Notes: generated by a model from the letters alone, not told the origin. DNA of 64,000 bases from Myxococcales bacterium (GCA_045863395.1 BTVJ01000015.1:32001-96000); one strand, 5' to 3'; shown: positions 17,639 through 27,714, counted from the first letter of the stretch. Program-made: numbers and translations.

Positions 17639-20206
17639 ATGGACGTGACGTTTCGCAGTGGCGCGCAGACCCTGGCGTGGAGCCTCTGGCTGGCCGCGTG
17701 CGTGACGTCGAGCCCGGCGCCGCCACCGCATGACGTCACCCCTGGGCTGGACGCCTCCGCTGGGGGGGACACCGCGCACCCGGATGGGGGCGGCGAGGTC
17801 GACACCCACCCCGATGGAGGCTCCAGCGACGCCGCCGAGGTCACGGACGTGCCGCAGCAGGACACTCCGGGCGTGGGGGACGGTGGAGTGGCCGACGCAC
17901 CGACGGACACCGCGGATCTCGGGGATTCGGACGCGCCGGTCGGCGACGCAGACGACGTCCTGGCGGACCTCGGCGCCGACGTGATGGGCGACTCCGAGGA
18001 CACGCCTGGCGGCGAGACCGACGGCGGGACGTGTACTGTGGCGCAGTGCGACGACGGCGACCCCTGCACCGTGGAGTCATGTGTCGGGGGAGGCTGCGCC
18101 TACACGCCCGTGCCCTGCGACGACGGCGACCCCTGCACCATTGATGGTTGTGGCCCCGGCGGGTGCACCCACGCTCCCCTGCCCTGCGACGACGGGGACC
18201 CCTGCACCGTCGACACCTGCGGATCTGGCGGGTGCGCCCACGCTCCACTGCCTTGCGACGACGACGACCCCTGCACCGTCGACGGTTGTGGCCCCGGCGG
18301 GTGCGCCTGGTCGCCGCTGCCTTGCGACGACGGCGACCCCTGCACCGTCGATCATTGTGGCCCCGGCGGGTGCGCCTGGTCGCCGCTGCCCTGCGACGAC
18401 GGCGACCCCTGCACCACCGACACCTGCGGACCCGGCGGGTGCGCTCATGGCCCGGTGCCTTGTGACGACGGCGACCCCTGCACCCTGGACGAGTGCGCCT
18501 CGGGCTCGTGCCTGCACACACCCGATCCCTGCGACGACGGCGACCCCTGCACCTCGGACCTGTGCCTCGCCGCCGCCGGGTGCGCCAACACGCCGCTCCC
18601 CTGCAACGACTACGACCCCTGCACGCAGGACGCGTGCGCCGGCGGGACGTGCGTCTTCACGCCCGCGTCCTGTGACGATGGTGACCCATGCACCCAGGAC
18701 ACCTGCGGCCCCACTGGCTGTGCCAGCGCCTGGGGCTGCGACGACGGCGACCCGTGCACCGATGACGCCTGCGGCCCCGCGGGCTGTGCCCACGAGGCCG
18801 TGGACTGCGATGACGGGGCCGCCTGCACGGCCGACGCCTGCGACGGTTGGAGCGGAGCCTGTGTGGCCACGCCAGCCTGCGACGACGGCGACCCGTGCAC
18901 CGACGACGGGTGCGCCCCGGACGGCGCCTGCGTCCACGGCTCCGGGTGCGACGACGACGACCCCTGCACGCTCGATGGCTGCGTGGCCGGCGTCGGCTGC
19001 GTGAGCATCCCCCTGGGGTGCGCCGACGGGGATCCGTGCACCCAGGACGGCTGCCTCGGCGGTGGGTGTGTCCACGAGCCCGTCGCAGGCTGCGCCGGGT
19101 GCGCCGAGGACGCGGACTGCAAGGACGAGAGCCTCTGCACGGTGGACGTCTGCGATGTCGAGACGGGCGCCTGCAGCCACACCGCCGCGCAGTGCGACGA
19201 CGGCGACCCCTGCACGGCCGATGCGTGCGACACGGAGACGGGCGCCTGCGCCAACGAGGCCGCCGACTGCGACGACGGCGACCCCTGCACGGAGGACGCC
19301 TGCGGAGCGGACGGCGCCTGCGTCAGCGCGCCCGTCGCGTGCGGAGACGGCGACCCCTGCACCGACGACCTGTGCGGGCCCGAAGGGTGCGCCCACATCC
19401 CCGTGCCGCTCTGCACCGGCTGCATCGATGCTGACGACTGCGACGACGGCAGCCCCTGCACCGCGGAGCTGTGCGCGGACGGCGCATGCCTGCACAGCGG
19501 CACAGGCTGCGGGGACGCCGACCCCTGCACCCTGGATCTGTGCGTCGACGGTGCCTGCCAGCACCTGCCTCTCCCGACCTGCCAGGGGTGCCTCCTGGCC
19601 AGCGACTGCGAGGACGGAGACCCCTGCACCGCACACACCTGCGACGGCGCGTGCGGGACGGCTCCCGACCCGAGCTGCGGCACGTGCGCGAGCGACGCCG
19701 CGTGCGATGACGGACTCGCCTGCACCGTGGACACCTGCGACGGCACCTGCGCCCACGCGCCCGTGCCCTGCCCCAAGGCGGGCCCGTGCTCCGTGGCCTT
19801 CTGCGTCGAGGGCGCGGGGTGCCAGAGCCTCCCCGGGCCCGGCTGCCAGGAGCCCTGCACCACCGCGGCGGACTGCGAGGACGGGTCACCCTGCACGACG
19901 AAGGCGTGCCCCGCAGGCACCTGCCAGACGGCGCTCCTGCCGTGCGGCGACGGCGACCCCTGCACCCTCGACGCCTGCGACCCGCTGACCGGCGCCTGTA
20001 CGAGCACCCCAGTCCCCGGGTGCACGGCGCAGTGCTCCGCCGCCGCCCACTGCGACGACGGCGACGCCTGCACCCTCGACCTCTGTGACCAGGCCACTGG
20101 CACCTGCTACGGCGCACCCGTAGGCTGCGAGGACGGCGACCCGTGCACCGCCGACCAGTGCGACCCGCTGCTCGGCTGCACCTTCACCCCACTGTGCGGG
20201 CCATGA
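17639..20206 (+). CDS. Lipoprotein with about 28 Cys-rich CDDGDPCT (Dictyostelium CTDC-like) repeats
   Basis: GGAGG RBS, lipobox LAAC, Asp/Gly/Thr-rich linker, then tandem C-D-D-G-D-P-C-T-x-D-x-C units. Confidence 0.88.
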   Translation: MDVTFRSGAQTLAWSLWLAACVTSSPAPPPHDVTPGLDASAGGDTAHPDGGGEVDTHPDGGSSDAAEVTDVPQQDTPGVGDGGVADAPTDTADLGDSDAPVGDADDVLADLGADVMGDSEDTPGGETDGGTCTVAQCDDGDPCTVESCVGGGCAYTPVPCDDGDPCTIDGCGPGGCTHAPLPCDDGDPCTVDTCGSGGCAHAPLPCDDDDPCTVDGCGPGGCAWSPLPCDDGDPCTVDHCGPGGCAWSPLPCDDGDPCTTDTCGPGGCAHGPVPCDDGDPCTLDECASGSCLHTPDPCDDGDPCTSDLCLAAAGCANTPLPCNDYDPCTQDACAGGTCVFTPASCDDGDPCTQDTCGPTGCASAWGCDDGDPCTDDACGPAGCAHEAVDCDDGAACTADACDGWSGACVATPACDDGDPCTDDGCAPDGACVHGSGCDDDDPCTLDGCVAGVGCVSIPLGCADGDPCTQDGCLGGGCVHEPVAGCAGCAEDADCKDESLCTVDVCDVETGACSHTAAQCDDGDPCTADACDTETGACANEAADCDDGDPCTEDACGADGACVSAPVACGDGDPCTDDLCGPEGCAHIPVPLCTGCIDADDCDDGSPCTAELCADGACLHSGTGCGDADPCTLDLCVDGACQHLPLPTCQGCLLASDCEDGDPCTAHTCDGACGTAPDPSCGTCASDAACDDGLACTVDTCDGTCAHAPVPCPKAGPCSVAFCVEGAGCQSLPGPGCQEPCTTAADCEDGSPCTTKACPAGTCQTALLPCGDGDPCTLDACDPLTGACTSTPVPGCTAQCSAAAHCDDGDACTLDLCDQATGTCYGAPVGCEDGDPCTADQCDPLLGCTFTPLCGP
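18047..20197 (+). repeat. Coding tandem repeat array (core unit about 69 bp / 23 aa)
   Basis: Recurrent TGCGACGACGGCGACCCCTGCAC at roughly 66-105 bp spacing. Units 4 and 5 are nearly identical. Confidence 0.9.
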
Positions 20207-20226
20207 GCCCGCTCCCTGGAGGCCCC

Positions 20227-21909
20227 ATGAGACGGGTGTTCTTCGCTCTCGCCCTGGCGCTGGCCACCCCCGCGGTGGCGGACGTCCCCGCGACGGTCAC
20301 GTTCCAGGGGCTGCTGACCACCAGCGCCGGACTGCCCGCCGACGGCACGTTCAACCTGTCTCTGAAGCTTTTCCCAGCGGCGACCGGCGGAGCGGCGGTC
20401 TACTCCCAGAACCTGGGCTCGGTCACCGTCACCGCCGGGATGGTGGACACCACCATGGGCCCACTGACGACGGCCCTCCTCGCCGCACCCGAGCTGTGGG
20501 TGGAGCTGACGGTCATCGGGGAGCCGCCCTTGCCCCGACAGCGGCTCCGCTCCGTGCCCTACGCCCTCCAGAGCGAGGCGGCGACGTCGGCGGGGTCGGC
20601 GGCGGCGCTCCTGTGCTCGGGCTGCGTGGGCGCCGGCCACCTGGCCCCCAACCTCCTGCTGGGCGGCAACGTGGGGTCCACGGGCACGCTCACCACATGC
20701 ACGGACGGCGCCACGGGCTGCGGGCTCAAGGTCGGGGGAGCCGCGGCCCTGGTGGACCCGAAGGACGGCATGATCAACCTCCAGGTCACCGGCGGCCTGC
20801 GGCTGCGCACGGTGGACAACGGCGCGTGGGCGCCGCTCCAGGCGGGAGCGGTCACGGCGCAGGGCCCCCTGGTGGCCGCTGCCGGGTCCACGCTGACGGC
20901 GCCGGTGGTGGTGACGGGCAACGGTCAGACGGTGGCGGGCACGGGGACGGTGCGGGTGGAGCGCGACGCGGGCGAGGTGAACGTGCTCGCCGTCGGCGCG
21001 GGCACCGGTGGGGCGATCATCGCCTTGGAGCCCGGCAGTGGTGGCAAGCGCTGGGGCGCGGTCAGCCACGGAGCGGGTGACGCGGGCGCCGAGGCGGGGG
21101 CCTTCGCCGTGCGCGACGAGGCGACAGGGAAGCGCCCGCTGGTGGTGCGCCCGGACGGCCGGGTGGGAGTAGGAACAGGGGCCGCCGAGTCGGCGCTGCA
21201 TGTGGTCTCCGACGCCAACAACGCGGTGACGGGCACGGACGCGACCCTGCGCGTCGACAACCACCGCGACGCCCACACGCCGCTGGCCGTCCACCAGAAC
21301 AAGACCGACACCTACGCGGCCCGGCTCGTGACGGACGGGTGGGGCCTCCGCGTCACGCAGGCCGCGGGCGCGGCGAAGTCGGCCGCGGTGTCGCTGCTCT
21401 CCGTGGACACCGACGGCGGGACGACGGGCAACGTGCTTCGGGTCCAGGCCAACGGCAACGTGGGCATGGGCACGACGAGCCCCGCGGCGCGGCTCCACGT
21501 GGCCGGGAACATCCGCGCCGACGGCACCGTGCATGCGAGCACGGGGGTCATCGTGGCGGGGCAGACGGTGGTGGACGCCACGGGAAAGGTCATAGGGCCC
21601 GTAGACCCGAGCACCCACGCCCACGCGGTCAACGGCAACGCCGACAACGCCAAGCTCATCGCGTCCTCCATGTGCGCCGTGATGGGCGGAGGAGGCCACA
21701 CCACCGCCTGCCCACGCATCTGCAGCAACACCAGCGCGGACTGCAACCAGATCTGCGCAGGTGGAGGAGGCAGCGCCTTCAACGCCCTGCACATCTACGT
21801 CGGCTACCTGGAGCGGGTCTACGTCTACAACGGCACCAGCGGCAGCTTCTGCGGGCCCAACTGGTGCTGCTGCCGCCTCGAGTACAACGCCTGCCCCACG
21901 CCGTGGTAG
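20227..21909 (+). CDS. Secreted fibre/adhesin-like protein with Cys-rich C-terminal tip
   Basis: GGAGG RBS and signal peptide. N-terminal VTFQGLLT..LWVEL..PRQRLRSVPYAL module. GRVGVGT and GNVGMGTTSPAARLHV repeats. About 10 Cys in the C-terminal domain. Confidence 0.65.
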   Translation: MRRVFFALALALATPAVADVPATVTFQGLLTTSAGLPADGTFNLSLKLFPAATGGAAVYSQNLGSVTVTAGMVDTTMGPLTTALLAAPELWVELTVIGEPPLPRQRLRSVPYALQSEAATSAGSAAALLCSGCVGAGHLAPNLLLGGNVGSTGTLTTCTDGATGCGLKVGGAAALVDPKDGMINLQVTGGLRLRTVDNGAWAPLQAGAVTAQGPLVAAAGSTLTAPVVVTGNGQTVAGTGTVRVERDAGEVNVLAVGAGTGGAIIALEPGSGGKRWGAVSHGAGDAGAEAGAFAVRDEATGKRPLVVRPDGRVGVGTGAAESALHVVSDANNAVTGTDATLRVDNHRDAHTPLAVHQNKTDTYAARLVTDGWGLRVTQAAGAAKSAAVSLLSVDTDGGTTGNVLRVQANGNVGMGTTSPAARLHVAGNIRADGTVHASTGVIVAGQTVVDATGKVIGPVDPSTHAHAVNGNADNAKLIASSMCAVMGGGGHTTACPRICSNTSADCNQICAGGGGSAFNALHIYVGYLERVYVYNGTSGSFCGPNWCCCRLEYNACPTPW

Positions 21910-21922
21910 GACCAGGATCTCC

Positions 21923-23029
21923 TTGACGTCCCCCAAAGACCCCATCTCCATCCCCGGCTTCACCGACCCCGTGAGCTGCTGGACCCACCTGCTCGGCGCG
22001 GGCGTCGCCCTGGTCGCCGGGGTGCGCCTCGTGCGCAGAGGTCGTGGCAGCGCCGCCCGCGTCGCCGCCCTCGTCGCGTTCGTGTTCGGCGCGGTGTTCA
22101 TGTTCTCCATGAGCGGCACCTACCACCTGCTCGACCGGGAGGGCGCGGGCCGCGCCGTGCTCCAGCGCCTGGACCACGCCGCCATCTTCGCGATGATCGC
22201 CGGCACCTTCACCGGGCTCCACGGCGCCGCGCTGCGGGGGCCCTGGCGCTGGGGGTTCATCGCGCTCTTGTGGGCGCTGGCGGCCACGGCCATCACGCTC
22301 AAGACCGTGTTCTTCGAGGGTACCCCGGAGGCCCTGGGGCTGGCCCTCTACCTGGGGATGGGGTGGCTCGGCGTGGTGTCGTGGATCAAGCTGCGCCACC
22401 TGGCGGGTGGGCGCATCGGCCGCCTGCTGCTCCAGGGTGGTGCGGCCTACAGCGCTGGCGCCATCCTGGAGTATGCCCGCTGGCCGGACCTGCTGCCCGG
22501 CGTCATCGGCCCCCACGAGCTGTTCCACCTCTGCGTCATCGCGGGGGCGGCGCTGCACTGGCGCGCCGTCTCGGTGGCGGTGACGGAGGCGACCGGCCCC
22601 CAACCCCAGGCGTCACGGCCCCGGAGTGAACGTCTCACGCCCCGTCGCCCCTTCGATGACGTCCTCGAGGTGGAGGCGCAGCGGGAGAGTCTCGTTGCCG
22701 AGCCACAGGCGGGCCTGGTCGGCGAAGTGGGGGCTGTCGACGAGGCCAGACTGACCACCGGGGATGATGTTGCGCCCCGTGACCTTGTCTCCCAGCGCTA
22801 CGACCATGCGCATGACGGGGCCGTGGTCGTAGGTGAAGGCGTCCAGCGAGAACCCTTGCTCCGCGGCGTCCACGGCGAAGTTGTCGCCAGGGCGAGGGAA
22901 GTGGACGAGGCCCTTTCGCGGGTCTCCGGCGGGGAGAGTCTCGGCCAGGGGGAGGTTCTTGGTGGTGATGGAGAAGAGATCCACGATGAGCTTCAGCGCC
23001 GGGTCGTCCCCCACCTGGGCGATCAGTGA
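21923..23029 (+). CDS. Hemolysin III / PAQR (TrhA-like) membrane protein with a run-on C-terminus
   Basis: TTG start after AGGA. Motifs SCWTH, SGTYH, RLDHAAIF..IAGTFT, YLGMGW, HELFHLCV..H. The frame continues 417 nt into the convergent gene. Confidence 0.8.
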   Translation: MTSPKDPISIPGFTDPVSCWTHLLGAGVALVAGVRLVRRGRGSAARVAALVAFVFGAVFMFSMSGTYHLLDREGAGRAVLQRLDHAAIFAMIAGTFTGLHGAALRGPWRWGFIALLWALAATAITLKTVFFEGTPEALGLALYLGMGWLGVVSWIKLRHLAGGRIGRLLLQGGAAYSAGAILEYARWPDLLPGVIGPHELFHLCVIAGAALHWRAVSVAVTEATGPQPQASRPRSERLTPRRPFDDVLEVEAQRESLVAEPQAGLVGEVGAVDEARLTTGDDVAPRDLVSQRYDHAHDGAVVVGEGVQREPLLRGVHGEVVARAREVDEALSRVSGGESLGQGEVLGGDGEEIHDELQRRVVPHLGDQ

Positions 23030-25807
23030 CTCGAAGCGCACCTGATGCCGGAGACCCCAGAGCCACGCGTCCATGTCCGCCACACCGAAGCCCCCGACTC
23101 CCGGCGCCGCCTGCGGGCTCTCCAGATAGTCGAGCGCATCGGCCAGAGATGACAGCATCACCTCGTCTGCGCGCTCGCTCTCGGGCGTGCCCACCCGGTC
23201 GAAGAAGACGGACTCGCCGGTCTCCTCGCTCCAGCTCGCCAGCGCCCCCGGATTGCCCGGCCCCCTCCCGTCGAGGAACGCCAATATGGCGGCGAGGCGC
23301 GTGTTGTCGGGTCGATACGGGAACAGGTCACCGCACGGCTCGTCGCCCCACACGGACGCCACGAAGCGGGGGAGCCACGCGTTGAAGACCATGGTCGCGA
23401 CCGCGTCAGCGCGGTCCTCCAGAGAGGGCGAGTGGTAGAAGGTCTCCACGCCGGACTCTGCCCGGAAGGACCACGCCCCGAGGCGCTGCTCCACCTCGCC
23501 GAAGCGGTCCGCGTTGGCCGACCAGAGCGCCACGAGGCGCGCCTCGTGCTCCTGGAGCGGGCCATCGAGCATTGACAGTGCGCGCGCCCCGGCGATGGCG
23601 GCCAACAACGGCGGAGTGAACCGCTCGCCCATGCGCGAGGTGTGGTCTCCCTGGACGCTGGCCATGTCCTCCTCCGTGGCCCCACCTGCCGCGACCACCT
23701 CCTCCAGGCGCCGCCGGATGGTGTCCGCCCGCGGAGACTCCCACGGCCCCCCGATGTACCACGCGTCGTTGGTCTGGTCGCCGTCGTCGTCGATGGGCGC
23801 GGGCTGGTTGTTTGCGGTGCGCACGAAGCCCTCCGGCGGGTTGAGCGCCTGGGGCATGGCGTCGAAGGGGATGACGCAGCGGTAGGGATCCGAGTCGCCC
23901 TCCACCGCGTGGCCCGCCGGGTCCGTCGGTAACGTGAAGGCTCCAAACGTGGTGCCATCGAGCAGGAACGCCGGGTGGGCCCCGGGCAGGAATCCCTCCG
24001 CGTCCTTCGGCAGATAGCCACGGCAGGGGATCGCCTGGTAGGACGAGAAGAGCACGTTCCCGAGAGAGTCTCCGGCGGCCATGAAGAGCCCGCCGCCGAC
24101 CACGCCGCGGGTGGCCTCCCGAAACTCGAGCACGTCGCGAGAGACTCCCATGGCGTAGAGCGCGTCGGGCCACCGGGTGGCGTCGAAGGCGCCGTAGTCG
24201 AAGGAGATGGCGCTGATTACCCCGTCCCCGTCCACGTCGGCGGGGATGACCCGGTCCTCGCCGAGACGCACCACGAAGGCGTCCGGCTCGTCTCCCGGCG
24301 GCACGACCGTCCCCTCGATCTCAAGCAGGCGCCGCCCGTCGAAGGTCTCCCACCGGGCCCAGGTCTCCGTCCGCCCCACGGATCCGAGGGCGGGCACGTC
24401 CGCGATGACGTAGCTCTCGTCCACGCGCACGAGCGGCCTCCACTCTCCCTGGAAGCGGCTCGCCACGGGCGCGCCGTCCTCCAAGAGCAGCTCCTCGCGG
24501 TACCAGTCCGTGACGTCCACCACCGGGTTGACCATGCTCCAGGCGACGTCGCCGTTGGTGCCGGCGCCCAACACCGGGAACGGCGTCAGCAGGAGCCCGG
24601 CCTGGTGGATGGGCCCGCCCCCGAGCACCGACGTGTCCATGCCGATCTGGTACATCAGCGAGGGCACCGTCAGCGCCAGGTGACCGTCACCCGCGACCAG
24701 CGCGCCGCCCGTCTCCGTGTGCGCCCCGGACACCGCCCAGGCGTTGGACCCGTAGGGTCCCAATGCGTCGTGGGTCAAGCGCTGGTCGAGGCGCCCACGC
24801 CGCCCGGCGAGGCGCGCGAGCATGGAGCGCTCGGCCGACCCCGGCGTCGCCCGCGCCGTCTGCACCCGTTCGAGGCCGGAGGTCCCGAACCCGGGAGACG
24901 ACGCGTTGCCCGGGTAGAGCGGCCTGAAGCTGCCCCACACGTCCCCGAGGAAGCCCTGCTCCCGCAGCGCCGCGGAGTCCACCCCCTCGAACGCCCCGTC
25001 GAGCTGCGCGAGCTTGTAGGCGCGGTCCACGTCGTCGGTGCGGAAGTTCGTCTCGAAGAGCAGCGCCGCCGGGATGGCCATGAGGTCGCGCAGGGTGAAC
25101 GGCTCCATCAGCGAGGTCGGGTCCGCCGCCCCGAGGAAGGGCCCGGCCAGGTCCAGCTCGCTCGGCCCCGGCAGCTTGCCGGCCTTCACGGCGTCGATGT
25201 AGGCGTTGACTCCGCTGGCCACCGCCTCCATGTAGGCCTTCATCTCGCCTTCCAGGCTCGCCGTCAGGTTGTCCGCCACCGTCGAGACGCCCGTCAGCCT
25301 GGCGTTCAGGTCGCTCGAGAGCGCCGCGTCCCCGAGGAGCGCGCTGATCGTCCCCAGTGAATACCGGCGCTGGATCTCCATGAAGAAGTAGCGGTCCCGG
25401 GCGAGCACGAAGCCGACCACGCGGCCCAGATCCTCGCGGGTCGCCGCGTAGACGTGGGGCACGTTGGCCTCGGTCCGCAGCACGTAGGCGGGCGCACTCA
25501 ACCCCGGCAAGGTCCACGCCTCGGTCTCGGGTACCGCGAGCAGGCCCTCAGGGGCGGCGGTGTCCACCGTGCCCGCTGTGTCCCCCGCATCTCCTACGTC
25601 ATCTGGCCCGGCGTCTGCGGCCCCCGCGTCGGCGCTCCCATCCGGGACGTCACCACCCGCGTCACCGGTGCCGGTGTCGCCAGGGCCGACGTCGGCGACG
25701 TTCGCGTCCAGGACGTCGCCGTGCCCGGAGTCCCCTACGCCCCCGCCCTCGCCGTCATCGCCACAGGCGGCCACCACCAGCAGCCCGACCAGGATCGCCC
25801 TCTTCAT
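22613..25807 (-). CDS. Penicillin acylase family (Ntn-hydrolase) lipoprotein
   Basis: Lipobox VAAC-GDDG, VPHVYA..ARDRYF, autocatalytic GSNAW, LVAGDGHL, TANN, PGGQSG...HFADQ. Confidence 0.9.
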   Translation of the reverse strand: MKRAILVGLLVVAACGDDGEGGGVGDSGHGDVLDANVADVGPGDTGTGDAGGDVPDGSADAGAADAGPDDVGDAGDTAGTVDTAAPEGLLAVPETEAWTLPGLSAPAYVLRTEANVPHVYAATREDLGRVVGFVLARDRYFFMEIQRRYSLGTISALLGDAALSSDLNARLTGVSTVADNLTASLEGEMKAYMEAVASGVNAYIDAVKAGKLPGPSELDLAGPFLGAADPTSLMEPFTLRDLMAIPAALLFETNFRTDDVDRAYKLAQLDGAFEGVDSAALREQGFLGDVWGSFRPLYPGNASSPGFGTSGLERVQTARATPGSAERSMLARLAGRRGRLDQRLTHDALGPYGSNAWAVSGAHTETGGALVAGDGHLALTVPSLMYQIGMDTSVLGGGPIHQAGLLLTPFPVLGAGTNGDVAWSMVNPVVDVTDWYREELLLEDGAPVASRFQGEWRPLVRVDESYVIADVPALGSVGRTETWARWETFDGRRLLEIEGTVVPPGDEPDAFVVRLGEDRVIPADVDGDGVISAISFDYGAFDATRWPDALYAMGVSRDVLEFREATRGVVGGGLFMAAGDSLGNVLFSSYQAIPCRGYLPKDAEGFLPGAHPAFLLDGTTFGAFTLPTDPAGHAVEGDSDPYRCVIPFDAMPQALNPPEGFVRTANNQPAPIDDDGDQTNDAWYIGGPWESPRADTIRRRLEEVVAAGGATEEDMASVQGDHTSRMGERFTPPLLAAIAGARALSMLDGPLQEHEARLVALWSANADRFGEVEQRLGAWSFRAESGVETFYHSPSLEDRADAVATMVFNAWLPRFVASVWGDEPCGDLFPYRPDNTRLAAILAFLDGRGPGNPGALASWSEETGESVFFDRVGTPESERADEVMLSSLADALDYLESPQAAPGVGGFGVADMDAWLWGLRHQVRFESLIAQVGDDPALKLIVDLFSITTKNLPLAETLPAGDPRKGLVHFPRPGDNFAVDAAEQGFSLDAFTYDHGPVMRMVVALGDKVTGRNIIPGGQSGLVDSPHFADQARLWLGNETLPLRLHLEDVIEGATGRETFTPGP

Positions 25808-25810
25808 CGC

Positions 25811-27184
25811 TCACTCCACGGGCAGGCGCCAGCCGGCGCCCAGGTGCTCGTCCAGCCGCTTCAGCTCCGCCGCCACCTCGGGATCGTCCACGTTCGCGTC
25901 CGCTGGCTCGACTCGCGGCGGGTCGTGCCGCAGCACCACCGGCGTCCAGCCGAGCCCGGTCACGTCGCCGTCAAGGCTCACCTTGCCGATGACGCCCGTC
26001 TCCACCTCGATGCGGTCCGGCACGTCGTTTGTGAAGTTGCCGAGGCTGTAGAGCACGGCCGCGCGCCGCTTCCGCCCGTCGGCGCTGCGCACGCTGCACG
26101 TCCCGATGCCGGGCACCTTCTCTGGGTGGTTCACCCAGCAGAGCTCCGCCGGCTGCACCACGTGGGGGCCCTGCGCGGCGATGACGTCCGCCCCGAACGA
26201 GACCATCTGCCGCGCCATCTGCAGGAAGCGCGGGTCGGGGTACCACTCGAACTCGTAGCCCCAGTGCAGCAGGACCACCACGTAGTCCGCCCCTGCCCGC
26301 GCCTCCCCCACCTCGGCTTCGATTCGCGACAGGTCCACCTCCCCCTTGTGTCCGAACGGCACGACGAACAGGTCGTGGGCCGTCTCGTAGTCGCGCCGGT
26401 TGACGCCCCAGGTGTAGGACAGGACCGCGACCTGCTTGCCCTTCACGTCCAGCGTGGCGTGCCCGTTGAGCCCCGTGGTCCGGTAGCCCCGCGCCTCCGC
26501 CTGCTCCTTGGTCGACAGGGCGCCGTCGTCGTCGGCGTCCAGCGTGTGGTTGTTGTTGAGCTGGAGCAGGTCGAACGGCAGGTTGTCGAGCATCTCCGGA
26601 GGCGCGTTGAAGCGGATGGGCACGCCGCCCTTGCCCGGGGGCTTCAGCGCCGACACCGCCGTCTCCAGGTTGCCGATGCGCAGGTCCGCCCGCGTCACCG
26701 GCTCCGCCCCCTTGGCGAAGTCGGACCAGTTTCCGCCCAGGTACAGGATGTCCCCCGAGAAGGACAGGACGATGCCCCCGCCCAGCGGGGGGATCTCCCC
26801 GCCCGCCTGCGTGAAGTGCGCCACGAGGTCGGGTGACGCGGTCGTGTAGTGCTTCTGGAGCTTCTCGAAGTAGTCGAGCACGATGGGGTCTTCCAGGCCC
26901 CAGTCCTCGGTCTCCCACCGAGCATCGGCATAGGGCGGCTTGTCTGGGTCGGGCGCGGCGACCCAGGGGAAGACCGTGGTCGGGTCGGGCCAGGCAGCGT
27001 AGGGGTCCGCGGCGTCCGAGGTGCCTGAGGCATCCGAGGCATCCGCTGCGTCCCCGGCCGCCACGACGTCCACCGTACCCAGGCCGTCGCCGACGGATGC
27101 CACGTCGGCTCCACCCGACGAACCTCCATCACACCCGCCGAGGCCGACCGCGAGCACCACACCGAAGGCTCGTCTCCGGTTCAT
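25811..27184 (-). CDS. CapA (PGA_cap) metallophosphoesterase family lipoprotein
   Basis: GGAGG RBS, lipobox LGGC, SGDI, GNLET, LNNNHTLD, LHWGYE, GPHVVQP, YSLGNF. Confidence 0.88.
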   Translation of the reverse strand: MNRRRAFGVVLAVGLGGCDGGSSGGADVASVGDGLGTVDVVAAGDAADASDASGTSDAADPYAAWPDPTTVFPWVAAPDPDKPPYADARWETEDWGLEDPIVLDYFEKLQKHYTTASPDLVAHFTQAGGEIPPLGGGIVLSFSGDILYLGGNWSDFAKGAEPVTRADLRIGNLETAVSALKPPGKGGVPIRFNAPPEMLDNLPFDLLQLNNNHTLDADDDGALSTKEQAEARGYRTTGLNGHATLDVKGKQVAVLSYTWGVNRRDYETAHDLFVVPFGHKGEVDLSRIEAEVGEARAGADYVVVLLHWGYEFEWYPDPRFLQMARQMVSFGADVIAAQGPHVVQPAELCWVNHPEKVPGIGTCSVRSADGRKRRAAVLYSLGNFTNDVPDRIEVETGVIGKVSLDGDVTGLGWTPVVLRHDPPRVEPADANVDDPEVAAELKRLDEHLGAGWRLPVE

Positions 27185-27270
27185 GAGGACCCTCCTGGTC
27201 ACGCTGGATGCTGCACCGAGGGGCACCGTGGATCAACGGCGGCACAGACCTGGTGGTGTCTGCGAACCCG

Positions 27271-27714
27271 TCACGGCGTGGCCCCGGGCTTCCACCCGGG
27301 TGACGCCAGCTCGAAGCCCGCGAACTCGAAGGCTGGCGATACTGTGCAGCCCACGAGGGTCCAGGCCCCCAGGCTCGCGGCCGCCTGCCACGCCCCGGCA
27401 GGGACCACGTGCTGCGGCCTCTCCCCGGAGTTCAGGTCGCCCCCCAGCACCGCGACCCGCTCCGCCACCCCGTCCGCGCTGACCCGCAGCTCCAAAGGGG
27501 CCCCAGCGTACCAGTGCCACACCTCGGCGGCGTCCACCCGGTGCCAGTGGGAGCGCTCGCCGGCCGCCAGCAGGAAGTAGATGGCCGTGCCCGCGCCCCG
27601 CCCCCCAGCAGGGTCGACGGCGCGCCAGGTCTCGACGAAGTGGCCCCCCTCGGGGTGGGGCTGAAGCCCGAGCAGGGCGATCACCTCGTCAGCGGTCTGG
27701 GAGTCGACGATCAT
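27271..27714 (-). CDS. Cupin_5 (DUF985) protein
   Basis: LGLQPHPEGG, TAIYFLL, SHWHRV..EVWHWY.G, GAWQAA, CTVSPAFEF. Confidence 0.9.
   Translation of the reverse strand: MIVDSQTADEVIALLGLQPHPEGGHFVETWRAVDPAGGRGAGTAIYFLLAAGERSHWHRVDAAEVWHWYAGAPLELRVSADGVAERVAVLGGDLNSGERPQHVVPAGAWQAAASLGAWTLVGCTVSPAFEFAGFELASPGWKPGATP

Noticed and set aside
18047..20197. Regularly spaced 23-bp DNA repeat resembling a CRISPR array
   Set aside because: The repeats are in-frame CDDGDPCT codons with synonymous variation, the spacers are homologous to each other, and there are no cas genes.
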